A DNA stretch of 64,000 nucleotides, taken from NCBI RefSeq assembly GCF_018977255.1, contig NW_024704742.1, positions 123,754,001 through 123,818,000 of the forward strand, in the 5' to 3' direction. Under the pieces are notes generated by a model that was given only the letters and a program-made list of their open reading frames with translations, made no database searches and was not told the origin of the DNA. The first letter of the stretch is position 1; every line of letters starts with the position of its first letter. Below, in pieces: positions 48,301 to 63,300 of the stretch. This DNA comes from Callorhinchus milii. Its lineage: Eukaryota. Position numbers and translations under genes: made by a program.

Positions 48301-51300
48301 ACTCCTTCAAGTAGTCAGGTTTAGAAACCTCTGGCTGTTTTTCCTGATGTTTTAAAAGAGACTGAATAAAAATAATTTAAACATTTAGATTAGCAAGCAT
48401 CAATTCATAAGCAAATGCTAACAATTGGAACAAACCAAGACTGATCGTCCCATGGCACTTAAATCAGTTTTTTTTAAATCTACTTTCCGCCAAAATAATT
48501 AGGAGTCCAACCCTGTTATAAGGTGGTAGTTGGAGTACTTAAAATTTCCAACCACTGTATAACTAGGAGTAATGGAGGGGACACTGGTCAGTTCACAGGT
48601 AATGCTTGCAGACAACCTGCTGAACATTTTATATAGCCTACACGCTCAGTGCACCTGAGTGACGGTGGCAACCAGTCAACCCAGAAGTTAGCCTTTTTTT
48701 TTACCACCGGAAGCAGTCCAGAGAGCACTCGCCTTTATAATGGGTTTTACTATAATTGTGCTGAAATGTTACATTACAGTTTGCCTTTGACATTTAAGCA
48801 TTATAATAACGAAGAGGCATATTAGCATGTTACTGATAATTCTGTGAAAATGTTGAGTGTGGGGGCTAGGTGGCCTCTTTGTGATTACTCTTTGACAAGA
48901 TACTTTTTCTTTGTGAGGATGCACACCTTTCAAGTTTCACCAGACTGCTCTCAAGGGCACGTGGGCTGCCTTCTAGATTGAGTTAGGCAAGCAATTACTA
49001 AACAGTTTTTTTTTGGACAGCCAGGAGTCACACATGCGGAAACGCACGGCAATGCTTCAGAGTATCGAAACCAGACTAGGGTCTACATATGTATGCCACC
49101 TACGCGTGGAAATTTTCCTGTGTCTGGAATGAAATATGCACTCTCATCCTGGAAAGACATGCCCTGTTTTACCTAATTTTGGAGAGTATTGGGTTCAAAT
49201 GGACGATCCAGTTACAGTATTAAAAAGACGCTGATATCGTTCAACAAATAACTTACAATGCTCCAAACAATTGTTTTATGGGTGTTTGTGGGACATTGCT
49301 GTGCTCAACAGGCTGCTGCATTTTGCCCACAAAATACATAGTCAATCCTCCTTATGGTGCATCTTGTTAAGTGGTTTGAGATGTATTGACAATGTGATAA
49401 GGCACCATATCAAATGCAAGGATTATTATTAATAGTCCAAAAAAAGTAAATAGACAATAATGGATGAATTTTAACTTCAATAGGTTTCAACGGGAGTTAG
49501 CTGAGGTATAAACTGACAAAGATGTAGGTGTGATTGTTGATTGATTAAATCTGAAGTATTTATGAAATGCACAGTAGGTTGATCAGCATCTGAAAGCTGA
49601 AGCTACATTAACATTATGGATGAGACTCTTCATTAGAAATAATACATTTGGGATAGAAAAGGCTTTGAATAAATCAGATACGATTGACTTGTGTGCATTT
49701 TCACGATTATGCTTTTATTTCACTAGCATTCTAGTGTATTTTTAATCTTTGAAATGAGGTGATCATCTTTGCTTTTTTTTTCCTTTCTACTCCCCTGCCT
49801 CAATGCCCATTTTCTAACATTAATTTGTCCATTTTAGGAATCTTTATTTAAAAGTGCTGCAATTGGGCCTAACTTTGGAGCTTACCTTGAAGACTATAGC
49901 ATGCGTACTCGTCATGCTACTGTTTACATGAATCCCAATAAAATAAACATGGAACTTATCTTAGAGGTGCTCCACTTCTTGGGTAAGTTTTTTTTCCCCC
50001 CCCCCACTTAACTTACAGTATTCCTTTTCATTCTTCCTTATCCTATGTTTGTTAACTTTCATATGCTAAAATTGGGGTACTTTCATGTGCCGGAATGTAA
50101 ATGTACATGAAATGTAGATGGAAATTTTGGCAACATTTTTGTTTTTTGCCAATTAAATTATGTACAGCTAAAACTTTCAGAGAAGCATATTTTTTTAAAT
50201 ATGATTTTTGATTTCCATAATTTCTTGCTTTTCTTTCAGATATAAACGCTCAGTACAGTGCACTCAGTGGTGCTGTGCTGATATTTTTACCGGGTTTAGC
50301 TCACATTCAACAGCTTCATGATCATTTAACTGCAGACAAAAGGTTCCAAGACAGGAGGAGGTAAAATAACTTCAATGTAAATTCCAGAAATATTTCAGTT
50401 GCATTCATGATTAACCTGAATTTTCCAAATCATTACCATTTGCATGACTTATTAATGTCCATATATACCACTGTACTGCAGGTTTGACGAGTGATATTCT
50501 GAGATATTGTCATTAATATATACACCCTCTCTTTAAATTGATTTATCATCTCAATGTCTTTTTTTAAACTCTGTATGTTCAATGTTTCAAGTCCCAATGT
50601 TTCCTTGGACTCAGATTTTCAAAGGCAAATACAGTGGAAGCTGGTTAAGCCGGACACGTCGGGGATGGACATTTTGACCGATTTAAGAGGTGTCTGGAGT
50701 TAGCCGAAATACCATTCCTGCCCAGCAGAGGCGCTGCGGTTGCACCATATAATATGTCATGTTTCACGTGAAGCAATGTTAACTAACCAGTTAAAGTTAA
50801 AATACTCTCACAGAATTCAGTAAAATGTGTTTACCTGTGTTTGGCTGCAAAATACAGTCCAGTACTTTCCTGCCCAGCAGGGGGCGGAGCTTCCTCCCAT
50901 TGCCATTCCCAGCGGACTGGAAGGGGATCAGTTAGCGGGACCTGCAGCCGCTTGTCAATGGATGGGCTCCAGCCACTCACAAGCAGTTCAGCTGTCAATC
51001 AATCGCGATGTTCCCTCCTGTGTTCCTCCGCCCCCTCACTGATTGACAGCCCAACTCCAGCTGCTTGTGAATGGCTGGATTCCGCTGCCAATCATAATTT
51101 GACTCCTCCCATCTACATCACTGAGTCGCTCGTGGCTGAATGGGGAGACGGAAGGCCCGAGTGAGTACATCCAGTGGTGACCAGGGCGGCATTTTTCCTG
51201 CAATAACCGGATTTTTGTCCGAAATAGCAGCCATATTTAAAATAGGTAAGAATACAAATGACTCGAGGGAGGCTATCTGGCAAAAGTGGATTGTACTGTA

Positions 51301-54300
51301 CTTTGGTAATACATCAAGAACTCTAACTTGTCAATGATTTTTTTTCCCTCTATCCCCTCTCCCTCACAATTGCTCTGATGCTTTTATCAAGTTGGTTCTC
51401 TTTTTAAGTTAGAATAATTGTGGAAGTGTTTCGTGTTGCTTTATTTGTAGATACAAAGTGATTGCTCTGCACTCCATCCTTTCATCACAAGATCAGGCTG
51501 CAGCATTCACAGTCCCTCCACCAGGAGTCAGAAAGGTAAGGTTTTACAGGTTTGAAGATTCTGAATGTTTTCACCCCAGAGTAACACTGTAATAGTTTGC
51601 CTTTAATGAATGAACTGTGTATCATTCATTATTTTTTCAGTTGAAACCCAATAAGATTGCATACTGAGAAGCATTATGGAAATTCTTCATTTTTAACAGT
51701 TTACCAACTAAGTATTTTTATTTAAATTTTCAGATTGTTTTAGCAACAAACATTGCAGAAACTGGAATCACCATTCCTGATGTTGTCTTTGTCATTGATT
51801 CTGGGAAAACTAAGGAGAACAGGTTTGTTTACCCCAAGTGACACCTTCCCCCTCACGGAGGCCACACCACCCGGCTACACCTCCCACCACATCCCTCGCC
51901 CCAACCGCCGTGGCTGTGATGTAGCCCTTATCTCAAGGACACCACTTGCCCTATCTCCCTACTCCTCTGGCTCTTTCCCCTCTTTTGAGCACCTCACCCT
52001 CTCCCACCCCTCCTATCTCTCACTCAAAATCCTCCTCTACTGGCCCCCTAAAGCCTCTCCCACCTTCATCTCCGATATTTCTACCTTACTAACATCTCTC
52101 TGCCTCTGCTCTGATCGCCTCATCATCCTGGGCGACTTCAACCTGCACTTCACCCCCTCCTGCTCCATCTCCTCGGACTTCTCCTCCCTGCTCTCCTCGC
52201 TCAACCTCTCCCTCCACATCAACTCCGCCACTCACAGTCACGGCCACCCACTCGCTTTGGTGATCACCCGGGGCCTCAGTGTCTCGGATGTCACAATTAC
52301 CAACAAGGCCATCTCCGATCACCACTTCATCTGCTTCACTACCTCCACGCCCCTCCCCACCTCCACCAGACCCACCACCATCTTCTACCGCCCCGGAAGA
52401 AGTTACCCCCACAATCCTTAACCGCTGCCTTGGAGTCCTCTGAACTCCTCTCCCTCTGGCCATCATCCCTCACTGACCCCCCCCCCCCCCCCGCGCAGGT
52501 CATCTCCTCCAACCTTCACTGCGAGGAGATGCTGGATTTCCTTGAATCCAAAATCAAGGGAATCCGCTCCGCGCTCACTGCCCCTCCAACTTCCACTCGC
52601 CCCTCACCCCTTCCCTCCCATACTCCGACTCCTACCCATCCTCGCCTACACACCTTCGAACCCATTTCCCCACCCTCTGTCACCAACCTCATCCTGTCCC
52701 TGAAACCCACCACCTGCTCCCTTGACCCCATCCCCACTCCACTCCTTATCTCCCAGCTCCACGTCCTTGCCCCACTTCTCACAGACATCATCAACCTGTC
52801 CCTCTCCTCTGGCTCTGCTCCCATTCCCATAAACACTGCCACCATCACTCCCACTTTGAAAAATCCCTCCCTTGATGCTATCAAGCTACCGGCCCATCTC
52901 CAACCTCCCCTTCCTGTCCAAGGTCCTTGAAAGAGTCGTGGCCTCCCAGCTGCACTCTTTCCTCTCCGCCTATTCATTATTCGAACCCCTCCAGTCAGGT
53001 TTCTGTGCTGCCCATAGCACAGAAACCGCCCTGGTCAAGGTCACTATTGACATCTTGACCATCTGGGACCAGGGCTCCCTCTGCCTCCTCATCCTCCTCG
53101 ACCTATTGGCCGCATTTGATACGGTCGACCACGCTATCCTCCTCCACCGCTTGTCCTCCCTCCTCAACCTGCAAGGCCCTGTCCTTGAGTGGTTTAGGTC
53201 GTACCTCTCCCACCGTCTTCATTTTGTTTCCACAAACGGCTTTTCCTCCAGCCCCTGCACTGTCTCGTGCGGTGTCCCTCAGGGCTCTGTCCTCGGTCCC
53301 CTCCTCTTCACCCTCTATATGCTCCCCCTTGGTGACATCATCCGCAGACATGGGGTTAATTTCCACATGTATGTGGATGACACCCAACTCTACCTTTCCT
53401 CCTCTGCCCTCAACTCCACGACCACCGATGTCCTGACAGCTGCCTGTCCGACATCGAGTCCTGGACGAGAGACAACTTTCTTCAGCTCAACATACGCAAA
53501 ACTGAGGTCCTCCTGATTGGCTCGCGTCAGCGCCTCCGCACCTCAGGCGCTGACAGCATCAGCATCCAAGGCTGCACTCTCCACCTCTCAAAGCCAGTCA
53601 GGAACCTTGGTGTTCTGTTCGACCCTGAGCTGTCCTTTCTTCCTCATATCCGCGCCACAACTGGCACCGCCTTCCATCACCTCCGGAATATCGCCAGACT
53701 ATGGCACTACCTCACCCCTCACGCTGCTGAAACTCTGGTCCACGCCTTTATCACCTCAAGGCTGGACTGTGGGAACTCTCTCCTCGCCGGCCTTCCCGGC
53801 ACCTCCCTCCACAAGCTGCAGGTCATTCAGAACTCTGCAGCTCGTGTACTGTCCCGCACCAGGCTTCGCGACCACATCACTCCCACCCTCGCTCGCCTCC
53901 ACTGGCTCCCCATCCCCCAGAGGATCAAATTCAAGATCCTCTTCCTCACCTACAAGGCCATTCACGGCCTCGCTCCCTCCTACCTCTCCGACCTACTATC
54001 CCCCTACTTACCTGCCCATACCCTCCGTTCCTCTGGTTCCGGTCTGCTCCACACCCCCCGCCCCAACCGCCCTACCATTGGTGGTCGGGCCTTCAGCCTC
54101 TCAGCCCCTAGGCTCTGGAACTCTATCCCCCAGTGCCTTCGCCTTGCTTCCTCCCTTTCCTCCTTCAAGGCCGGTCTCAAGACCTTTCTCTTTGACCGTG
54201 CCTTCAGCTGCCCTCTCAACTCTCTACCCCCTCCTCGCTCCTTCCCTTCCCTTCCCTCCCCTCACCCTGACAATTTCCCCCCTGCTCGGGTCCCGACCCA

Positions 54301-57300
54301 ACTGTCCAGCGCCTTGGGACGTCCTCCCGACATGAAAGGCGCTCTATAAATGAAATCTTGTTGTTGTTAACAATGCTTTTTAAAGTAGCCAATAGAGTTT
54401 GAATCCTTCTGCGTCATGGGATTTGTGGTATTAAATTTGGTTATTTGCACTTCTATGCAAATGTATTATGAGTATGAAGTTGTAATAAGACTTCACAGCA
54501 TTTTCAAGTGAGTGGAAGCTTTTGAATTTAGAAAAATGCATTATTACTAGTCCTCTGCAACTCCTTCCCGCAATCCCTCTGCCTCGCCCCCTCCCTTGCC
54601 TCCTTCAAGACCCATCTCAAGACCCTCCTCTTCGACCGTGCTTTCGATCTCCCTGTTTCCCCCACCCCCCGCACTCCCCAACCTCAGCTCGGGTCCGAAA
54701 CTCTGTCTGTCCAGCGCCTTGGGACATCCACGTGAAAGGAGCTATACAAATGTAATTTTGTTGTTGTTTAGTGACCCTAATGCATAGGTCATGGATTAGT
54801 AGAATATCAGACAATGTTTTTCCAGACAAAATTGTGAGTGGGAAAGTCACTCATGCCCATTCCTATGCATCTTCTGGTAGTGGCTTCAAATCATAATTGG
54901 AAACAAATTGAAAATTACTTACCACCTCCTTCCCCTTCTGCACCAAATTCCCACTCTCACCAAATTCCTGTAATAGAATTCTCACTCTGTTCCCACCTCA
55001 TTCCGTTCTCAGCTCGCTCTGCTGAGCTCTGCTCCAAACCAACATTGACTTGGGATCTGAGAACAAGTGACTGAATGGTGCAGTGAGACCTGAGAGAGTA
55101 TGTAGAAGATTTCTCAAACTCAAAACAAATTGTGTTACTATCTCATTATTAAGTAATTTTGACTTCTTAAGTAATTTGTTCTATGAATATTCTATTTAAA
55201 TAAAGGGGGAAGGAAAATACTGTGTTGGTGAAAAATATTCCTTTCGTATGAAATTCCTCTACTTAATTGGGATAATGACCAGTTACATAAACACAGTGTT
55301 TTAGAATAGACTACTATTTGCAACTTTGACCTGATGAATTCAGAATTGTGCAATATATGTGTACTTATAATTTTGACATTGATTTTAGTGAACATTAATT
55401 GAATTCACAATTTCTTGCAAAAATTGTAAAGTTGTATGGTTTTACTTGAACTGCGGGTGTGTGCACATGCTTTGTACACATATCCAGTTGACACTCGCTG
55501 TAAAGCAGGTGGTTAGAGTCAGAAACCCCAAACTGTCTTAGAGTGACTCAAGAAGTGACATCAGTGGTGATCTGATTGCCCAGAAGTGTGGGGAAAACAA
55601 AATATCCAATTAATGTCATCAGGTCTCCGTTCACATCACTTTTTGTGTGCTGCACATGTGGAAGAAGTCACAGCAGTGATCAAGAAGCTGGTGAATTGGA
55701 GGCAAGTCAGATGGCCTCCTGCATCAGTATTGAATGAGGCCTGTGCCCAATTCGCATTATAAATTAACCAGTACTATAACGGGTTGCACTATATTTGTAT
55801 TTTAGGTATCGTGAAAGTAGTCAAATGAGCTCCTTGGTGGAGACATTTGTCAGCAAAGCTAATGCTCTTCAACGACAAGGCCGAGCTGGACGTGTGCAAG
55901 AGGGATTCTGTTTCCGTTTGTACACAAAGGAAAGGTGAGGGGTAGCTTCTGAGTTGTAATTTTTTTTTATTCTTTTGTAATTAGATTTACTTCCATGAGT
56001 AATTTTAATATTAGTTATTGGGTGGAGCTTTCTTGACTTTTATTCTTGGTGCTTTATTTTAAGGAATAACTTTATATGCTTTATTCCTGCAGGTTTCACA
56101 GCTTCATTGATTACTCAGTCCCAGAAATCTTACGAGTGCCTCTGGAAGAACTTTGCCTTCATATTATGGTAATATTTACATATAAATAGCTTAACAAATG
56201 TTTAGCAACTGAAAAGACTCATTACTACGTTAATTGACTGTACATTACAGTGCAGTAGATTTGAATAATTGGTATACAGAACAAAGAATTGTGATTGAAA
56301 ACTCGCTGTATTGGAGTGATTTTGAACATTTAAAATTAATGTTGATTTTCTTTGAAGGAATTACTTGTTTGCTCAATTTATGACAAAAATGTGGCATGAA
56401 ATAAAAAGTGTTCTTTGCATTAAAATCAAAAGTAGGTCTTTTCAAATATTCTTTACCTGCCAGAAATGTATGCCCCCTCTTCCCCCTTGTTTTTGGCTTT
56501 TGTATCCGATCCAACTCATGTTGTCTTTATACCCAGTAGGATTTTTAGCTTATTTATTTGTTTTAATTGTAGAAGTGTAATCATGGATCTCCAGAAGAGT
56601 TTCTATCCAAAGCCTTGGATCCACCGCAAGCCCAGTCCATCGGTAATGCAATGAATCTGTTGAAGAAGATTGGGGCCTGTGAGATCAACGAAGCCAAACT
56701 GACCCCATTGGGCTTGCACCTCGCTGCCCTTCCAGTTAATGTGAAAATTGGGAAAATGCTTATTTTTGGTGCTATCTTTGGCTGCTTGGATCCTGTGGTA
56801 AGTGCTATAGATTGAAACCATTAAGATTTACACTATTTGAATTTTTTTCAATATTTCTACCTGTCTATTAGTGTTTGAGCACAATGAATGTTGTATTATC
56901 TTTATTGTATTCCGAATATAAAAGTAATGAAGTTCTGCTTCAGTTTCGATAGAATACTGCTCAGGTCTCATTTGGAGTCTTTTAAGGTTCTGTTTCCAAT
57001 CTTAAAAGGATATCAGCCTTGAAGGGTACCCAGCAACTGTTTACTAAATAAATATATGGGCTAAAAGTGCTTAGCTATGAGGAATGGCTGCTTAGACAGA
57101 TTATATTCCTTAGAGCAGAGGACGTTAGGTGGTGTTTTGATTGAGCTTTTTAAGATAATGAAAAAATTGATAGGTTAGATAGTGGATTACTCCTCCCTTT
57201 GGTAGGGGGATCCATTACATAGGGACAAAACCTTAACATCAGAACAAGACAGTTGCAACAGAGATAAGGAAGCATTTTTTCAGAGGATTATGAAGATGTG

Positions 57301-60300
57301 GACTGCTGCTCTAGAAGGCTATAGAGGTTGAATCAATTGGAATAGTAGAGTTATTGAAGGCTAAGGTGAATGGGCAGGGTATTGAGATTAGAAGATCTAC
57401 CTAGATCTCATAAACTGGTGAAACAAACACAATGTGGTGGACGGTCCTGTTTTCCTATGTTTTATTGCGATTTATAGTCATCTTTTTTTTTACATTTATT
57501 TGATCACAAACTTCACTGGTACTGCACTCAAATATTGCTTGTAATTGCTGAATGTCCTCCTATTGTTGGATAACTGTTCATGATTATTCTCATATCGGAG
57601 ATTAATTTGAATGCTTTACTGTTCTGTTTGTAGGCCACCATCGCTGCAGCCATGACTGAAAAATCTCCATTTGTTACTCCATTAAGTAGAAAAGATGAAG
57701 CAAACCTTGCAAAGGCATCCATGGCAATAGCAAACTCAGATCACCTGACACTTTACAATGCATATTTGGGGTATGTTACAATAACAACAGCTTGCATTTA
57801 TCTAGAGTCCTTCACGTGGGGTCGTGTCCCGGGGCGCTTGTTACAGCTGTTTTGTCCCAACACAATAAAGTGTCATTTGCAAATACTTCAGAATATGTTG
57901 ATTTAGTAACCTATTCAATAATAACAGTGAAATCAATTACTCTTGATATATCTAACTCATATGTGTTTAAATTTCATATTTCTAAGTTGGAAGAATGCTC
58001 GACATACTAGTTATCGTACTGAGATGGCTTACTGTAAGCAGCACTTTCTGAGTCGAACTGCACTTCTAACAATGCAGGTTTGTTCTTTTTCTGTTAACAT
58101 TATCCTTTTAAAGTAAAGAAATAAAAGTTTGCAAAATTGTTTGTTGTTACCTATTATTTAAATTGCAGTTTGTTGGAAAACATTTTAATAGGTTATCGGA
58201 GTATAAAAAGAATGTCTTTTTTGAGAATTTCAGTGATAAAGTGGTAAATATAATTTTAATAATCTAATATTGTGGCTTATTTTGTTTTTCATGAAAAATC
58301 AACTTGCAGGATATTAAACAAGAACTTATCAGGCTAGTTGAGATTGCAGGTTTTGTGGCACCAGGAGCCAGAGGGGCAAAGCATCATAGTTGGGATAGAG
58401 AGTCATCAGTTGGAGTTCCTAAAAAGAACTTGTCACAACAGGAGATCTCACTTCTTAAAGCTGTATTGGCAGCAGGATTATATGATAATGTTGGGAAAAT
58501 CAAATACACCCCATCAGTGGACATTACTGACAAGATTGCATGTTCTGTCGAAACTGCACAAGGCAAAGCACACCTCCATCCTTCATCTGTGAACAAGGAC
58601 CTGCAGTCCAATGGCTGGCTATTGTTTCAGGAAAAGGTATTTGTGCAATCATCAGTGTAACTATTTTGTATGTGTACCTATGTATAGTTTAGGAGGCCAC
58701 TGTGAAAGTTTGAACACTTATAGCTAAAAAAACACAGTATAATACATCCTGGTGGAGATTTTCTGAATATTTATGTCTAACATTTGTAAGCTGCTGATCA
58801 TGGTTGTTGTGTGTTGAGCATACTTAAATGGGATAGCTAATGAATGTGAAAAGAAAAAACTTTTCCTGGAAATTTGTAATAAAATACATAATGTTAAAAT
58901 TAATCAGGATCTGAAAGCGAAACAAGTTAACAATCACTTAATTAGAATTGCAAATGAGTGAGACTTTATTTGCAAATCTTGTCTGTTCATAATTGTATTC
59001 CTACAGTTGCACAGATATATTTTGGAGAATGCTTGTTGTTTATTACTCACTGGTAATCTATCCCACCTTCTTTACCATAATGATGATAAAGAAGGTGCCT
59101 TAGGACATCCCAGCACCTTGCGATGTCCTCCTGACTTGAAAGGTGCTATACAAATTAATTTTGTTGTTGTTGATGAGAAGAATATAAATTGTATTATCCA
59201 ATCCCAAATTAGGTTAACTTTGAAAGAGTTTCATTGTAAGCTTTGTAGACCAGGTGTATCCCCTTTTTATTAAGTGACAGTGTACAACTGGAGCACTGAG
59301 CGTCCAGAAGTAACCCATAAAATCATGTGGTGTAAATATTGGCAGGATTATATAGTACAAGATTACCATCTCAGGACTCTTTATCAATTCACAATGCGGC
59401 AAGTAGGAATCTATTTAATAACAATCCTTTCATTTGGTTTTAGTGGCATGTATACAGAGAAGTGAATCATGTATTTGGGATATCAATAAGATAGTGAAGA
59501 CTTGAGTTTTAATTTTTAACATGCTCATATTTTTGACCAAAAATTAGTGTATAGTGCTGACTTTCTTTTGTTATTAGGTAAAGTATGGAAAGATATATCT
59601 GCGAGAGACCACTGAGATCTCATCTTTTCCAATCTTGTTGTTCGGAGGCGATATACTAGTCCAGCACCATAAAAGATTGCTCTTGGTAGATGGCTGGATA
59701 AAATTCCAGGTAAGAATTCATTTCTTTACTGCACTGGTGCACTCGCCGGTACCTCCCTCCACAAGCTGCAGGTCATTCAGAACTCTGCAGCTTGTGTAGT
59801 GTCCCGCACCAGGCTTTGCGACCACATCACTCCCACCCTCGCTCGCCTCCACTGGCTCCCCATCCCCCAGAGGATCGAATTCAAGATCCTCATCCTCACC
59901 TACAAGGCCATTCACGGCCTCGCTCCCTCCTACCTCTCCGACCTACTATCCCCCTACTTACCTGCCCGTACCCTCCGTTCCTCTGGCTCCGGTCTGCTCC
60001 ACATCCCCCGCCCCAACCGCCCTACCATCGGTGGTCGGGCCTTCAGCCTCTCAGCTCCCAGGCTCTGGAACTCCATCCCCCAGTGCCTTCGCCTTGCTTC
60101 CTCCCTTTCCTCCTTTAAGGCCGGTCTCAAGACCTTTCTCTTTTACCGTGCCTTCAGCTCCCCTCTCGACTCTCTAACCCCTCCTCGCTCCCTCCCTTCC
60201 CTCCCCTCACCATTTCCCCCCTGCTCGGGTCCTGACCCAACTGTCCAGCGCCTTGGGACGTCCTCCCGACGTAAAAGGCGCTCTATAAATGAAATCTTGT

Positions 60301-63300
60301 TGTTGTCTTGTTGTGAAGCTCTTTTAATTTAATTTAAATAATAATAAGCCTTGCATTTGATATAGTGCCTTATCACGTTGTGGAGTCCTGTAGCTCAGAG
60401 GTTAGAGCACTCGCCTTGCAACCGAGACGCCTGGGTTCAATTCCAGGCAGGACGAAACCTTGGGCAAGTTTCCTTATTCCACACGCCTAATAATAATCCC
60501 TCCAAAACACAAAAACAGTAATAAATTGGTCATTTTCAATCCACGACTGTTTGTGGGACACTGCTGTGCGCAATTGGCTGCCGTGTTTCACCCACAAATA
60601 TTCGGTCAATTCACTTTACAGTCTATTCTGTGAAGCGCTTTGAGATGTCGATAAGACTTGAAAAGCGCTATATCAAATGCAAGGATTATTATTATTATTG
60701 CGACGTCTTAAAGCGATTAACAGAATATATTGTAAAGTGAATTGACTGTGTATTTTGGGGCAAAGCACAGCAGCCAATTGGACACAGCACAGCTAATTTG
60801 GACCCTTTAGCAACATGTTCTTTTTTGGGTTCACTGCATTACTGTAACTTATTGCACAAGACCAACAATGGAGAACTTTTTCTGAGGAGAATATTGCAGA
60901 CCTATTGTGAGTTTGCATGGGTCTTTTTTTTTAAAGAATTTTGTGATATTCATATGATTTTCAGTGTGGATGAAGCATTGATAAAAACAGTTATAATATG
61001 GGCAGCTGAAAGGGATAGAAAAGGCAGAGTAATAAATATTAATAGAGCACCACATACTCAGTCTTTGTTCTTGCCTAATTTTGTGGGACCGCACTCGCAT
61101 GGTTCGAGTCCTACTTAACCAACCGCCTCCATTTCATCTCGGCAAATGGTTTCTCCTCCCTCACCCGCATGATCACTTGGGGGTACCCCGGGGCTCCATC
61201 CTTGGTTTTCTTCTTTTCCTTACCTGTATGCTCCCTCTGGGTGACGTCATCCGCAGACACGGGGTAAACTTCCACATGTGTGCGGATGACCACACAAATG
61301 TACTTTAACTCCTCCAGTACCAACTCCAGGTCCACCGATGTTCTATCAGCTTGTCTGGCAGACATCTGGCCCTGGATGAGTGCAACCTTCCTGCAGCTGA
61401 ATGTGGACAAGACGGAAGCCATACTCCTTGCCTCCCGTCAACATCTTCACTCCTGTGAATCTAAACTCCTCAACCTCCCTGGGCTCTCCCTCACACTCAC
61501 TGAACCAGTGCACAATCTAGGCGTCCAGTTTGACTCCCAGTTGTCCTTCCTCTTCCACTCCCGGTCCCTGACCAGAACCGCCTTCTTCCACCTCCGCCAC
61601 ATTGCCCACTTCCGACAGTACCTTACCCCAAATGTAGCCGAAACCCTTATGCATGCACGTGTCATGACCTGCCTGGATTACTCAAACGGACTCCTCGCCG
61701 GTCTCCCCAGCTCCGCTATTCAGAAGACCCAGTTCATTCAGAACTCTGCCGCCCGCATAATGACCCAGACCAAACTCCATACCCACATCCCATTAGTTCT
61801 AGCCAGGATCCACTGGCTCCTCATCACCAAACGGATCGACTTCAAGATCCTCACACTCATGTTCAAATCCCTTCACTCTCTGGCACCTCCCTACCTCTCT
61901 GACCTCCTCACTCTCCAATCCACCACCTGGTGCCTCTGCTCGACTGGCACTGGCCTCCTTTTCATCCCTCGCACCCTCTGCCCCATTATCGGAGGTCGTG
62001 CTTTCAGCCCCAAAACTCTGAAATACTCCCTCATTCCCTCCGCCGTGTCCCCTCCCCTTTTTCACGTCCTGCCTGTAAAACTTTCTCTTTGACCGTGCTT
62101 ATGGCCACCCTCCCCACCGTCTCAGAGTCAGGCTCTGCCACTGTTAAGCGCTCTGAGATGCTACCCTTCGTGGAGGGTCCTATATAAGTGCAAGTTATTG
62201 TCGTAATTAGTATGATTGTGCATGCAAATCGTTTGAGAGAAGCATTGGATAAATGGCATCAATTAAAATAGTGCACTAGAATGTTTCTAACCGTTTTAAG
62301 AAATATAAAAGAAGAGTGATGGAAGCAAATAGGCCTTAAATATTTTGTTTATAAAAAAAATCAAGAAACGTGCAACTTGCATTCAATTTTTGATTGTACG
62401 GTCCCTCCGCCTCGCCCCCTCCCTTGCCTCCTACTCCTAGCCTTCCCGCCCTCCACCGCTCCTGATCCCAACCACCAGCTCGGGTTCGGATCCCTGACTA
62501 CCCAGCGCCTTGGGATGACCTCCTGAAGTGTAAGGTGCTATACAAATGTAATTTGTTGTTGTATTTCCTGTTTTATAAATTCCTGTTTTGATTAGGCTCC
62601 TGTAAGGACTGGAATCATTTTTAAGGAGCTGAGAGCCTTAATTGACTCTGTTCTCACGAAGAAACTTGAAGATCCAAAATTGTTTCTTGAAGGTACTTTT
62701 TGTTTCTTTATTGCTATTCGTTGAGAATCACTGACTCTAGCTGTGTAAGCATGCTTATATTGTGTAGATTGAATTTCAGTGATTTCTAATGGATTATATC
62801 TGAAGAAAATATATGGGGAAGGGGAACGTAAATGAGACTAAAAGGATTGCTTTTAAAAGAGTTAACACAGAGGCAATGTCCTCCACATTGCCCACCCTAG
62901 CATCGGCAAGCAGACTTTCAACCTTTCTGCCCACACTTTCTGGAACTCCATTCCGAAATCTCTGAGACACTGGTTCAAGATATGTCTTAACACTTACTTC
63001 ATTGACTGCACTATCGAGAGGGCTATCATAGTAGTGGCTGCAAAACAATTACTATTTAGCTGTTTAATATATTAAGCAATTATTTTAATATATTGGAATA
63101 AATGATCAGTTAAACTTTTCATTACAATCTAAATTTAATCCAGAAATCGCTGTTTCTGTACTTTTAGAATCCAGTTGCTGGTGTGCAGTTTGAATTCCTA
63201 TGCAACATTTTCATTAGACTCTGTAAAATCTTTTGAGATTTTCTCTTCCTTTTACAGTTACCATCTTTGTAAATCTAGATGTATTCAGTTATAGATCTCA

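Noticed and set aside
51753..52421. 222-aa ORF running from DHX29 exon 18 into the L2 endonuclease (apparent fusion)
   Set aside because: It starts at a TTG in a different frame from DHX29; the DHX29 frame stops shortly after the donor.
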